Positions 19,194-27,637 of a stretch of DNA of 32,000 nt are shown in pieces. Within the stretch, counting starts at the first letter, position 1. Every line of letters starts with the position of its first letter. Source of the stretch: Acinetobacter wanghuae (GTDB taxonomy: Bacteria; Pseudomonadota; Gammaproteobacteria; Pseudomonadales; Moraxellaceae); assembly GCF_009557235.1 (NCBI RefSeq), contig NZ_CP045650.1, positions 510,001 through 542,000 of the forward strand, given 5' to 3'. The notes under the pieces were generated by a model. That model saw nothing but the letters and a program-made list of their open reading frames with translations. It made no database searches and was not told the DNA's origin. The position numbers and the translations under genes were made by a program.

Positions 19194-19937
19194 ATGCCTG
19201 TAAGAAAAAAAAGTAAATTTGAACAGTGGTTTTCATTTAGTCGACATCAACGTCGTTTTGGTGCAGATAAACTATATGCTGAACTTCAGGGTGTTGACAT
19301 TGAGTCGTTAAAATCTCAAGTGATTGAGGGTAACGAGCTTAAATATACTCATGGCTCAGCAAAAGATCTCAATGAGCATATCGAGCAACTTAAACATGAA
19401 TTTGTGGGGCAGCCTGCTCTAAACCATTATCATGCAAGCTTGATTGTCTTGATCCGTCGTGAAGTGGACGTTCAAGAAAATTTTGAAAAGTTTAAAGCGC
19501 TTTGGACTGCTGAACGAGATTTTCTCCTAAGGTCTTTAAATATTCGATGGTTAATTTCAGCGTGTGATACGTTTTTAGATTTACATGATGATATGACACT
19601 CAAAGCAATATTAATGAATGCTGTAGTATTGATTAATACTTTGAAGCTCCAAGAAACTGAACGTTATTTGTGTGATCAATCCTTGCAAGTCAACTTAGAA
19701 CACCAAACAAAATTACAAACAGAACGTTATGCGTTGTTTGATGGTACTTCAGCTTTTGCTGTTGGAACGGATGATACGTTACGAAACATGCGTTGGCGAC
19801 TTGACCAAATTTGTGCTGTTCATCCACTAGGGCAGCTGGTGATTGAAATCTTTGATCGTTTACAGCGCGAAGAAAACAATAATGTCTATTCACGTTTTAA
19901 GCAGCGCCATATACGTGAAAAAACACGTTGGTGGTAA
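19194..19937 (+). CDS. Hypothetical protein, no recognisable family
   Basis: 247 aa from ATG 19194 (the track start 19188 is TTG). It has no TM segment, signal peptide or catalytic motif I recognise. It is tightly packed with the next gene (3-nt gap) inside the glycosyltransferase cassette. Confidence 0.55.
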   Translation: MPVRKKSKFEQWFSFSRHQRRFGADKLYAELQGVDIESLKSQVIEGNELKYTHGSAKDLNEHIEQLKHEFVGQPALNHYHASLIVLIRREVDVQENFEKFKALWTAERDFLLRSLNIRWLISACDTFLDLHDDMTLKAILMNAVVLINTLKLQETERYLCDQSLQVNLEHQTKLQTERYALFDGTSAFAVGTDDTLRNMRWRLDQICAVHPLGQLVIEIFDRLQREENNNVYSRFKQRHIREKTRWW

Positions 19938-19940
19938 AAC

Positions 19941-20747
19941 ATGCAAATATTCATTATTAATCTAGAATCATCGAAGCAACGTTTAGAGTTTCAAAAAGAT
20001 CAATTCGAAACATTAAATTTAAACTTTGAGCGTATTGCTGCAGTTTCCACCAATGATATCAGTGACCAAGATTACGAACGATTAGGTTTTGGTTGGCAGC
20101 GTCCATTACGAAAAGTTGAAGTTGCATGTTTTCTGAGTCATAAAAAGGCTTGGGAGAAAGTTATATTATCTCAACAGCCTGCTCTGATTTTAGAAGATGA
20201 TGCCGTCGTTGCTCAAACGATGGCAGCAGTATTAGGCAAAATTGATGCTGCAAATTTTTTAGATATTGATCTAATTAATTTTGAAGTAAGAAGCCGTAAA
20301 AAAATTATTTCTAAGCAGCCAATGCAAGTGTTGAAGGATTGTCAAATAAAGCTGTTTGATTTATATCAAGACCGAACTGGGGCAGCAGGATATTTACTTT
20401 ATCCATCGGGTGCCGAAAAGTTATTAAAACGGCTTGAAAAAACTGCACCTGCAATTGCAGATGGATTTATTTTCAGTACATATGAATTAAGTGCATTACA
20501 AGCTGAGCCAGCACTGATTATTCAAGAAGATCAATTACAAGCATATGGTCTAATAGCAGAAAATCAGTTTGACTCTACAATTGGGCGTTCTGAACATCAT
20601 AACCCCATTTATCGATCTGTCGCTGAGAAGAAAGCATTTAAACAGCGTAGGATTTTAGGGCAATGGCACATGGCTTGTCGTTATTTGCAAGTAATGTTTA
20701 AAGCACAAAAGCGGTTTATATTTTTAGATAGAGACCAATTTAAATAA
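19941..20747 (+). CDS. Glycosyltransferase family 25 (LgtB/Lic2B-type LOS galactosyl/glucosyltransferase)
   Basis: MQIFIINLESSKQRLEF...EVACFLSHKKAWEKV...LILEDDAVV parallels Neisseria LgtB (ISLASAAERR...EKACFMSHAVLWKQ...VFEDDVLL). Confidence 0.8.
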   Translation: MQIFIINLESSKQRLEFQKDQFETLNLNFERIAAVSTNDISDQDYERLGFGWQRPLRKVEVACFLSHKKAWEKVILSQQPALILEDDAVVAQTMAAVLGKIDAANFLDIDLINFEVRSRKKIISKQPMQVLKDCQIKLFDLYQDRTGAAGYLLYPSGAEKLLKRLEKTAPAIADGFIFSTYELSALQAEPALIIQEDQLQAYGLIAENQFDSTIGRSEHHNPIYRSVAEKKAFKQRRILGQWHMACRYLQVMFKAQKRFIFLDRDQFK

Positions 20748-20759
20748 GGTTAAATCTTA

Positions 20760-21821
20760 ATGAAAAAGAAAGTCGTATTGGCGATTTTTACTTTGCAGGG
20801 TAATGGTGCTGAACGTTTTGCCTTAACTTTGGCAAAAGGGATTAATGATGCTGGTCATGAAGCACATATTGTATATTTTAAAGATATAATTGATTTACCT
20901 ATTCCTGAAGGCGTACAAACACATTTTTTTGATTATCAGAAATTTCGAGCGATCCCTAAATTTATGCGTGCGGGTATTGCATCAAAAGCATTCGATAAGT
21001 TTGTATTAAAACAGATTGGAACACCAGACTTAGTACTATCCAATTTATTTCCAGTCGATTTTATTTTATGCCGCAGCCAATTACCGAATGTACATATGGT
21101 TATCCATAATACGACAAGCCAAGAATATGCGGGTCGTTTAGATAATAAGACACTTGCACAATTAAAAAATATTTATTTATCTAAGCCTTGCGTGGGTGTA
21201 AGCCAAGGGGTTACAGATGATTTCAAGAAACTATTTGGCTCTGAAAATATTACAACCATTTATAATCCAATAGATTTAGATAGTATTCATGCTGCTGCAA
21301 ATGAATATGTTCCTGAAATCAATGGTCCTTATATTGTAAATGTGGGTAAATTTAAGGCACAAAAGAGGCATGATATTCTTATTCAAGCCTATGCCAAAGC
21401 AAACATCCAAGAAAAATTAGTACTTGTGGGTACTGGTGAATTGATGGAGCAATCTAAAGCCTTAGTAAAATCTTTGAATATCGAAGATAAAGTGATTTTT
21501 GCAGGGTTTAAAAAGAATCCATATCCGTATATAAAACATGCAAAATTGATGGTTGTATCCTCAGATTTTGAAGGGTTTAGTATAGCGATTTTGGAATCAT
21601 TGGCGCTTGGGAAGCCTGTTATAAGTACGGATTGTCCATCTGGGCCAAATGAGATATTACTTCCATCAAATTTAGTACCACTACAAGATTTCAGTGCTAT
21701 GGCTGAGAAAATGGGAATGGCTGTAAAAAATGAAAAAGATTTTTATCAAAGAATAGATGATAAATTTTTGTTACATAAGGCTGTTAATTTGTATTTAAAT
21801 TTAATAAGCGAGTCAAAATGA
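20760..21821 (+). CDS. Glycosyltransferase family 4 (GT-B, retaining)
   Basis: 353 aa with the C-terminal EX7E region SSDFEGFSIAILESLALGKPVISTDCPSGPNEIL. Confidence 0.85.
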   Translation: MKKKVVLAIFTLQGNGAERFALTLAKGINDAGHEAHIVYFKDIIDLPIPEGVQTHFFDYQKFRAIPKFMRAGIASKAFDKFVLKQIGTPDLVLSNLFPVDFILCRSQLPNVHMVIHNTTSQEYAGRLDNKTLAQLKNIYLSKPCVGVSQGVTDDFKKLFGSENITTIYNPIDLDSIHAAANEYVPEINGPYIVNVGKFKAQKRHDILIQAYAKANIQEKLVLVGTGELMEQSKALVKSLNIEDKVIFAGFKKNPYPYIKHAKLMVVSSDFEGFSIAILESLALGKPVISTDCPSGPNEILLPSNLVPLQDFSAMAEKMGMAVKNEKDFYQRIDDKFLLHKAVNLYLNLISESK

Positions 21822-22786
21822 TAACGGTTTACGATACAGCATGTGGTTCTCTAAATATGGGGGATGAAATCATCATGGATGCTGTGATGATGCAGCTAGA
21901 GTCCATGTTTAGTCATGATCAATTCTGTCGCTACCCAACACATTATGCATTGGCAGCCAAAACGCTAAAAAAAGCGTGGAAAAATCAGTTAGCCTTTGTG
22001 GGGGGAACCAATTTATTACGTAATTACTGGCGTTATCGTGCTCGTAAAAATCAATGGTCGATTGGTTTTTTTGATGGGTTCAAAATGCAACCTGCTATTT
22101 TGATGGGGGCTGGTTGGAATAGTTATGCAGAAAAACCTGAATGGAAGGCAAAGATTTTCTATAACAATGCATTGTCTAAAGAGCATCTGCATTCAGTGCG
22201 CGATCAATATACTTTGGAGAAACTCAAAGCCTGTGGTATTGATAATGTGATCAATACAGGCTGTCCAACTTTGTGGCAATTGACACCTGAACATTTAAAA
22301 CAAGTGCCCAATCACAAGGCGCAGTCGGTAGTGTTTACTTTAACGGATTATAGCCGTGATCTTGAGGCAGATGTTAAATTAATCCAGTGTCTTAACGATC
22401 ACTATTCAACCTTGTACTTTTGGGCACAGGGCTCTGATGATAATCAATATTTCGATCAACTTGCGCAACAGTATCCACAGCTTTTCAGTAAGATTGTTCG
22501 TATACCGACAAGTTTGAGTGCTTATAATACTTTATTAAAAGATCAAGATATTGATTTTATAGGAACACGCCTACATGCAGGTATTCGTGCTTTACAATTA
22601 AAGAAGCGCGTTATCATTATTGGTATTGATAATCGAGCATTAGAAATGCATAAAGATTTTAATTTGCCAGTGGTTGAAAGACATGATTTTGTCTTGCTCA
22701 AACAGCGTATTCAAGCCGATTGGCAGCCAAATATTCAATTGCCTTTTGATATGATTGTTCGTTGGAAAAATCAATTTATTAATTGA
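21818..22786 (+). CDS. Polysaccharide pyruvyl transferase family protein (WcaK/CsaB-like)
   Basis: 322 aa. GSLNMGDEIIMDAV parallels WcaK GNRGDSAILRGL. FVGGTNLL and IGTRLHAGIRAL parallel WcaK GTRLHSAIISM. Its start overlaps the GT4 stop (ATGA). Confidence 0.65.
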   Translation: MITVYDTACGSLNMGDEIIMDAVMMQLESMFSHDQFCRYPTHYALAAKTLKKAWKNQLAFVGGTNLLRNYWRYRARKNQWSIGFFDGFKMQPAILMGAGWNSYAEKPEWKAKIFYNNALSKEHLHSVRDQYTLEKLKACGIDNVINTGCPTLWQLTPEHLKQVPNHKAQSVVFTLTDYSRDLEADVKLIQCLNDHYSTLYFWAQGSDDNQYFDQLAQQYPQLFSKIVRIPTSLSAYNTLLKDQDIDFIGTRLHAGIRALQLKKRVIIIGIDNRALEMHKDFNLPVVERHDFVLLKQRIQADWQPNIQLPFDMIVRWKNQFIN

Positions 22787-24435
22787 TCGTATTTATACTC
22801 TTTATTATTAAGATCTATTTAATGATTTATTTGATTGTCTTTATTTCGGTTTTATTGCAAAGCTTCTTATTTAGTTTTAAGAATGATAGATATAGATTAA
22901 GCAACATACTAGTTGTTTCATCTATGTTATGTTCATTTTTCTTTTTATATAAACCCTTAGCTTTGTTTTTCCTTAGCTTTGCTGTTTGTTTTATGGCCGT
23001 CGAAATCTATGTTGTTTTAAAATATAAGGACTTTAATGAAGGTATCTTAGAATCAATATTAAATACCAATAAAAATGAATTTCTTGAGGTTCTAAGTAAA
23101 AACTTAATTTTACTTATTCCTGCAGCTTTTTTAATTTTACTTATTAATTTTCTTATAGTTTCTCAGATACAATCCAATCTTAGAATTGGCCTATTACTAT
23201 TAGTTCCTTTTTTTATCGCTTTTTTTTCATCACAAGTTCGCCTGATACGTGTAGATAGAAAGTTGAAGAAATACGCACAAAATAGCAGTGCTTTCAATGT
23301 GCTTAATTCTCTAGATAAATTAGATAAAAATGTAATATCAAGTATTAGAACAAAGTATCCTATTTTTTTTGGAAATTTATTTTATTTGCTAAATTATCGT
23401 GGCAGTGGAGAGATAAATTTTCATGAAAATCGTCAGTGTCCTGATTTTTTAAAAGATGATAAAAGCACAAAGGTTAAAAATATTATTCTGATCATTGGGG
23501 AATCTGCAATGCCTGATAGATTTAGTCTATATGGTTATTCCGATTTCCTAACCACACCAAGAATTAAGCAGTGGAATAATTTAACCATCTTGGAAGGGGT
23601 ACATTCTCTATCCAATATGACAAGAACAGCTTTACCTTTCTTGATTTCATATCCAGAAGTACATGATTTCTCAAAAGCTTATACCTGTAAAAATATTTTT
23701 GATCTCGCTAAAAATAAGAATATACATACTTCTTGGATAGGTAATCAGGCGATTGATAGTCTTTTTACTTCGAGCTATGGTCCCATTGCAAAATGTGCGG
23801 ATTTAGTTTTGTCACGCGATCATACTTCCACAGGATTTCCCTTTACTCCAAAAGATGACCTAGATTTATTACATGCAATCGAAAATGAATTTAAGCAGTA
23901 TGGCATGGCGAATAACGGATCAAACAATTTATTCGTTATTCATACCGTTGGTAGTCATGCTCCATATTCAATTAGAAGCGATGAAATTGATAAAATTGCC
24001 CTAAAAGGGGCAGATGAGTATGATTTATCTATACACCATACAGATAGATTATTAGATGAAATTAAGAAATTAGCAGATAGGCAGCTAGAAGATTATATGC
24101 TGATTTATACATCTGATCATGGTGAGGTTGTTGAGGATGAAGGTGGTGGTTTGGAACATGGTCTTACTTTTGGGGGATACCAACAGTATAAGGTGCCATT
24201 TGTTATTTTAAATAATAGTAATTTTAACTTTAATATAGAAAAGTACAGAAAGAACTCAGGTAACTATGCAAATGATATAAGCTCTCTATTAATTGCTGAA
24301 GCAATGGGCTATAAACTAGATGAAAAATTTATTTTTGACTATACGTGTTCTGATGAAATTCTACATTCAGATTATATTGTATATGACTATAAAGATTTGC
24401 CCCAACAGATTAATCAGAGGAAAAGAGCGGCTTAG
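22783..24435 (+). CDS. Membrane-anchored sulfatase-superfamily phosphoethanolamine transferase (EptA/EptB/EptC/MCR-like; pgt-type phosphoglycerol transferase not excluded)
   Basis: About 5 N-terminal TM helices are followed by a periplasmic domain. That domain has IIGESAMPDRFSLYGY (cf. MCR-1 VGETARADHVSFNGY), SNMTRTALPF (Thr nucleophile region), HTVGSHAPY and IYTSDHGE. The start is either TTG 22783 (4-nt overlap with the upstream stop) or ATG 22822. Confidence 0.75.
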   Translation: MIVFILFIIKIYLMIYLIVFISVLLQSFLFSFKNDRYRLSNILVVSSMLCSFFFLYKPLALFFLSFAVCFMAVEIYVVLKYKDFNEGILESILNTNKNEFLEVLSKNLILLIPAAFLILLINFLIVSQIQSNLRIGLLLLVPFFIAFFSSQVRLIRVDRKLKKYAQNSSAFNVLNSLDKLDKNVISSIRTKYPIFFGNLFYLLNYRGSGEINFHENRQCPDFLKDDKSTKVKNIILIIGESAMPDRFSLYGYSDFLTTPRIKQWNNLTILEGVHSLSNMTRTALPFLISYPEVHDFSKAYTCKNIFDLAKNKNIHTSWIGNQAIDSLFTSSYGPIAKCADLVLSRDHTSTGFPFTPKDDLDLLHAIENEFKQYGMANNGSNNLFVIHTVGSHAPYSIRSDEIDKIALKGADEYDLSIHHTDRLLDEIKKLADRQLEDYMLIYTSDHGEVVEDEGGGLEHGLTFGGYQQYKVPFVILNNSNFNFNIEKYRKNSGNYANDISSLLIAEAMGYKLDEKFIFDYTCSDEILHSDYIVYDYKDLPQQINQRKRAA

Positions 24436-24449
24436 TTATAAATCCTTAA

Positions 24450-25310
24450 TCAATAAATTTTTTCTTTATTTTTTAACCTCCTAAACCTCTTATACCCCCA
24501 CAAATACTGTTCTGGAGCGACATTAATCATGCGCTCCATTTCTTTATTTAAGGTATCAACAGAAAGCTGTAAATCTTTTGACGAAATATCATGCGACAGC
24601 TCAGTTACGACAACATCATAACCTGACAAATCTTCCCGTCTTAAACAACTTAAACCGACAACAGAACATTGCGTTTTTGCGGCAAGTTTGGACAGTAGAG
24701 TGGATGAAAGCGCATTTTGGTTATAAAAAGGCGAGTAGATTCCACCACTTTCTTTAGGTACATGGTCGGGTAAAATGACAGAAAAACCACCTTGCTTCAA
24801 ATGCTTAAATAAAGCACGTACACCCGTTTCATCCGTCGGTACTAATGTCGCATTTAAGCGCTGACGAGCTTCGAGCATGAAGCGATCAACATCTTTATTT
24901 TTGCTCGGTTTATACAGAATCACAGGAGAAGTATGCTGATTTAACCATGCATTTAAAATCTCCCATGTGCCAAAATGCGGGACAACAGCTAAACAGCCAT
25001 TCGGATTTTGTATGGCTTTTAAAAATAAATCTTCGCCTTGAACATCTTTAATTAAAGACAGCGCATATTCTGGGCTTGAACCCCAAATTTTAATCGACTC
25101 AGCATACGTCATGCACTGACTTTTTATGCTGGCTTCAACCAGTTGATTTCTTTCTAAATCAGAAAGTTCAGGATAAGCAGATTGAAGATTAATCTCAGTC
25201 ACACGACGCATAGACGAATGCGTGAGATATAAAAATGATCCTGCCATTTGTGCAAGATTTTGAATCAGTCGAAGCGGAAGCTTAGAGAAATTTTTGAGTA
25301 GGGCGTACAT
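24450..25310 (-). CDS. Lipid A biosynthesis (Kdo)2-lipid IVA late acyltransferase, LpxL/LpxM (HtrB/MsbB) family
   Basis: 286 aa with an N-terminal hydrophobic anchor, the HX4E acyltransferase motif VPHFGTWE, a later ILPDHVP, and the C-terminal PEQYLWGYKRFR typical of the family. Confidence 0.8.
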   Translation of the reverse strand: MYALLKNFSKLPLRLIQNLAQMAGSFLYLTHSSMRRVTEINLQSAYPELSDLERNQLVEASIKSQCMTYAESIKIWGSSPEYALSLIKDVQGEDLFLKAIQNPNGCLAVVPHFGTWEILNAWLNQHTSPVILYKPSKNKDVDRFMLEARQRLNATLVPTDETGVRALFKHLKQGGFSVILPDHVPKESGGIYSPFYNQNALSSTLLSKLAAKTQCSVVGLSCLRREDLSGYDVVVTELSHDISSKDLQLSVDTLNKEMERMINVAPEQYLWGYKRFRRLKNKEKIY

Positions 25311-25325
25311 AAATGCGATTAAATC

Positions 25326-25544
25326 TTAATCTTTATCAGGATTGCCTTTGAGTACCATATAAATCAAACCGACAAAAATAACGAGCGCGCCTAAAATACT
25401 ACTCAAGCAAAAGTAAACAATACGGTCATTGGTATCAAGTTGGAACAGGTTATTCGCAAGGATATAGCGCATAAACATCCACTGCACCACAGAGAATACA
25501 ATCAGCATAATGCCACGATTACGAACTGCTGGACGCATTGCCAT
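25326..25544 (-). CDS. Small two-TM membrane protein, unknown function
   Basis: 72 aa from ATG 25544 (the track's TTG 25571 would give 81 aa). Two hydrophobic helices are GIMLIVFSVVQWMFMRYIL and IVYFCLSSILGALVIFVGLIYMV. It is co-directional with the acyltransferase gene and 15 nt upstream of it. Confidence 0.5.
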   Translation of the reverse strand: MAMRPAVRNRGIMLIVFSVVQWMFMRYILANNLFQLDTNDRIVYFCLSSILGALVIFVGLIYMVLKGNPDKD

Positions 25545-25611
25545 GAGCGATTTACCTAGAATAAAAATCAAAAGCTATTATGCCACTGTTGAACTCGCTA
25601 CTCAATGCAAC

Positions 25612-25643
25612 AAAAAAAGCCCTGCAAGAGCAGGGCTTTTTTT
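25612..25643 (-). terminator. Rho-independent (bidirectional-looking) terminator after aspS
   Basis: The sequence is aaaaaaagccctgcaagagcagggcttttttt, with an 8-bp GC-rich stem agccctgc/gcagggct and A/T runs on both sides. Confidence 0.8.
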
Positions 25644-25693
25644 ATCTCTTCTTTATATTTCTTCCTAAGGGAGAAAAAGAAGGAGATAAAAGA

Positions 25694-27478
25694 TTATTTA
25701 GTTTCTTCAGCTTTTGGTTTTTCGCGTAAACGAATACCCAAATCACGCAATTGATTTGATTCAACTGGTGCAGGTGCTTGAGTCAACGGACACTCAGCAG
25801 TTTTTGTTTTCGGGAATGCAATCACGTCACGAATAGAAGATGCACCAGTCATCAACATCACTAAACGGTCAAGACCGAATGCCAAACCACCATGAGGAGG
25901 CGCACCGAATTTTAATGCATTAAGTAAGAAACTGAATTTCTCTTCTGCTTCTTCTTCACCAATACCTAAAGCTTCAAAGATCGCTTTTTGCATTTCTAGG
26001 TTGAAGATACGCAGTGAGCCACCACCGATTTCAGTACCGTTCAATACCATATCGTAAGCAACTGACAACGCAGCGCCTGGATTGTTTTTCACTTCTTCAA
26101 CGCTAGATTTTGGTAGCGTGAATGGGTGATGCACAGAGGTCCATTTACCATCATCAGTTTCTTCGAACATTGGGAAGTCTACAACCCAAAGAGGCGCCCA
26201 CTCACACGTTGCAAGTTTCATGTCATGACCGACTTTGATACGTAAAGCACCCATTGCATCATTTACAACTTTCGCTTTATCCGCACCAAAGAACACGATA
26301 TCGCCATTTTCAGCGCCAACACGTTTCAACAAATCAAGCACGATTGGCTCGATGAATTTCACGATTGGAGATTGAAGACCTTCAATGCCTTTTTCAAGTT
26401 CGTTGACTTTAATGTAAGCCAAACCTTTCGCGCCATAGATGCCTACAAATTTAGTGTATTCATCAATTTGGCTACGTGGAAGTGAACCTGCACCCGGTAC
26501 GCGAAGTGCCACAATACGACCTTTAGGATCTTTTGCAGGACCTGCGAATACTTTGAACTCAACGTCTTGCATCATATCTGCAACGTCAACAAGTTTCAAA
26601 GGAATACGCATATCTGGTTTGTCAGATGCATAGTCACGCATTGCATCTGCATAGGTCATACGTGGGAATTTGTCGAATTCAACATTAAGAAGTTCTTTGA
26701 ACATCTTCACTGTTAATGTTTCCATCAAATCCATGATGTCATCGTCACTCATGAACGATGTTTCAACGTCGATTTGGGTGAATTCAGGCTGACGGTCAGC
26801 ACGTAAGTCTTCATCACGGAAACATTTCGCGATTTGGTAGTAACGATCGATACCACCCACCATCAACAACTGTTTAAACAATTGTGGTGATTGTGGAAGT
26901 GCATAAAAGCTACCGTTTGATACACGACTAGGGACTAAATAGTCACGCGCACCTTCTGGTGTTGCACGGGTCAAAATCGGTGTTTCAACGTCTAAGAAGC
27001 CATTTTCTTCGAAATAGTTACGAATCAAGTTGGTCAATTTAGAACGGAAACGTAAACGATCGATCATTTCAGGACGACGAATATCAAGGAAGCGATATTT
27101 CAAACGTACTTCTTCAGAAATATTGGTATTTTCGTCATTCAATGGGAATGGCGGAGTTTCTGATGCAGCAAGCACTTCGATTTCTTTACCAAGCACTTCG
27201 ATTTGACCGCTGGTGATATTCGCGTTTTCAGTACCTTCGTAACGACGACGTACGCGGCCTGTAATTTTTAATACGAATTCTGAACGTGCTTTGTCCGCAG
27301 TTGCGAATGCTTCAGGGGTATCTGGATCGATTACCACTTGCACAAGACCATCACGGTCACGCATGTCAAGGAAGATTACACCACCGTGGTCACGGCGACG
27401 GTGAACCCAACCGCATAATGTTACGGTTTGGTCAATTTGAGCTTCGGTTAAAGAACCGCAGTAATGAGTTCGCATCAT
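25694..27478 (-). CDS. aspS: Aspartyl-tRNA synthetase
   Basis: 594 aa. M(M)RTHYCGSL matches E. coli MRTEYCGQL. Class II motifs are [18 protein letters not shown] and [16 protein letters not shown]. The start may be the second Met (27475). Confidence 0.95.
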   Translation of the reverse strand: MMRTHYCGSLTEAQIDQTVTLCGWVHRRRDHGGVIFLDMRDRDGLVQVVIDPDTPEAFATADKARSEFVLKITGRVRRRYEGTENANITSGQIEVLGKEIEVLAASETPPFPLNDENTNISEEVRLKYRFLDIRRPEMIDRLRFRSKLTNLIRNYFEENGFLDVETPILTRATPEGARDYLVPSRVSNGSFYALPQSPQLFKQLLMVGGIDRYYQIAKCFRDEDLRADRQPEFTQIDVETSFMSDDDIMDLMETLTVKMFKELLNVEFDKFPRMTYADAMRDYASDKPDMRIPLKLVDVADMMQDVEFKVFAGPAKDPKGRIVALRVPGAGSLPRSQIDEYTKFVGIYGAKGLAYIKVNELEKGIEGLQSPIVKFIEPIVLDLLKRVGAENGDIVFFGADKAKVVNDAMGALRIKVGHDMKLATCEWAPLWVVDFPMFEETDDGKWTSVHHPFTLPKSSVEEVKNNPGAALSVAYDMVLNGTEIGGGSLRIFNLEMQKAIFEALGIGEEEAEEKFSFLLNALKFGAPPHGGLAFGLDRLVMLMTGASSIRDVIAFPKTKTAECPLTQAPAPVESNQLRDLGIRLREKPKAEETK

Positions 27479-27637
27479 AGCGTTAGAAATCCAACTATAT
27501 GGGTTAAGGTCAGCGAATACGTAAACAGCGTACCGCTTTGAGTAAAGCTAGGATTATGCCTCTTTTTGGCTATTTTGTCACAAAGACTTATTGTTAAAGC
27601 AAGAAAAAAGACCTTACATTTAACTCAAGAAGAGGCT

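Noticed and set aside
23208-23370. T7/T8 homopolymers inside the PEtN-transferase-like gene (23208-23214, 23220-27, 23363-70) and T8 at 18386-18393 as possible phase-variation tracts
   Set aside because: In a region of about 20% G+C with roughly 45% T, about one T8 run per 600 nt is expected by chance. The tracts encode Phe-rich TM segments. There is no evidence of length polymorphism from a single sequence.
25644-25693. Imperfect purine/pyrimidine inverted repeat (tctcttctttatatttcttcc...ggagaaaaagaaggaga) between aspS and its terminator
   Set aside because: It probably just forms an additional weak 3'-UTR hairpin for aspS. The pairing is imperfect and low-complexity, and nothing suggests a separate element.
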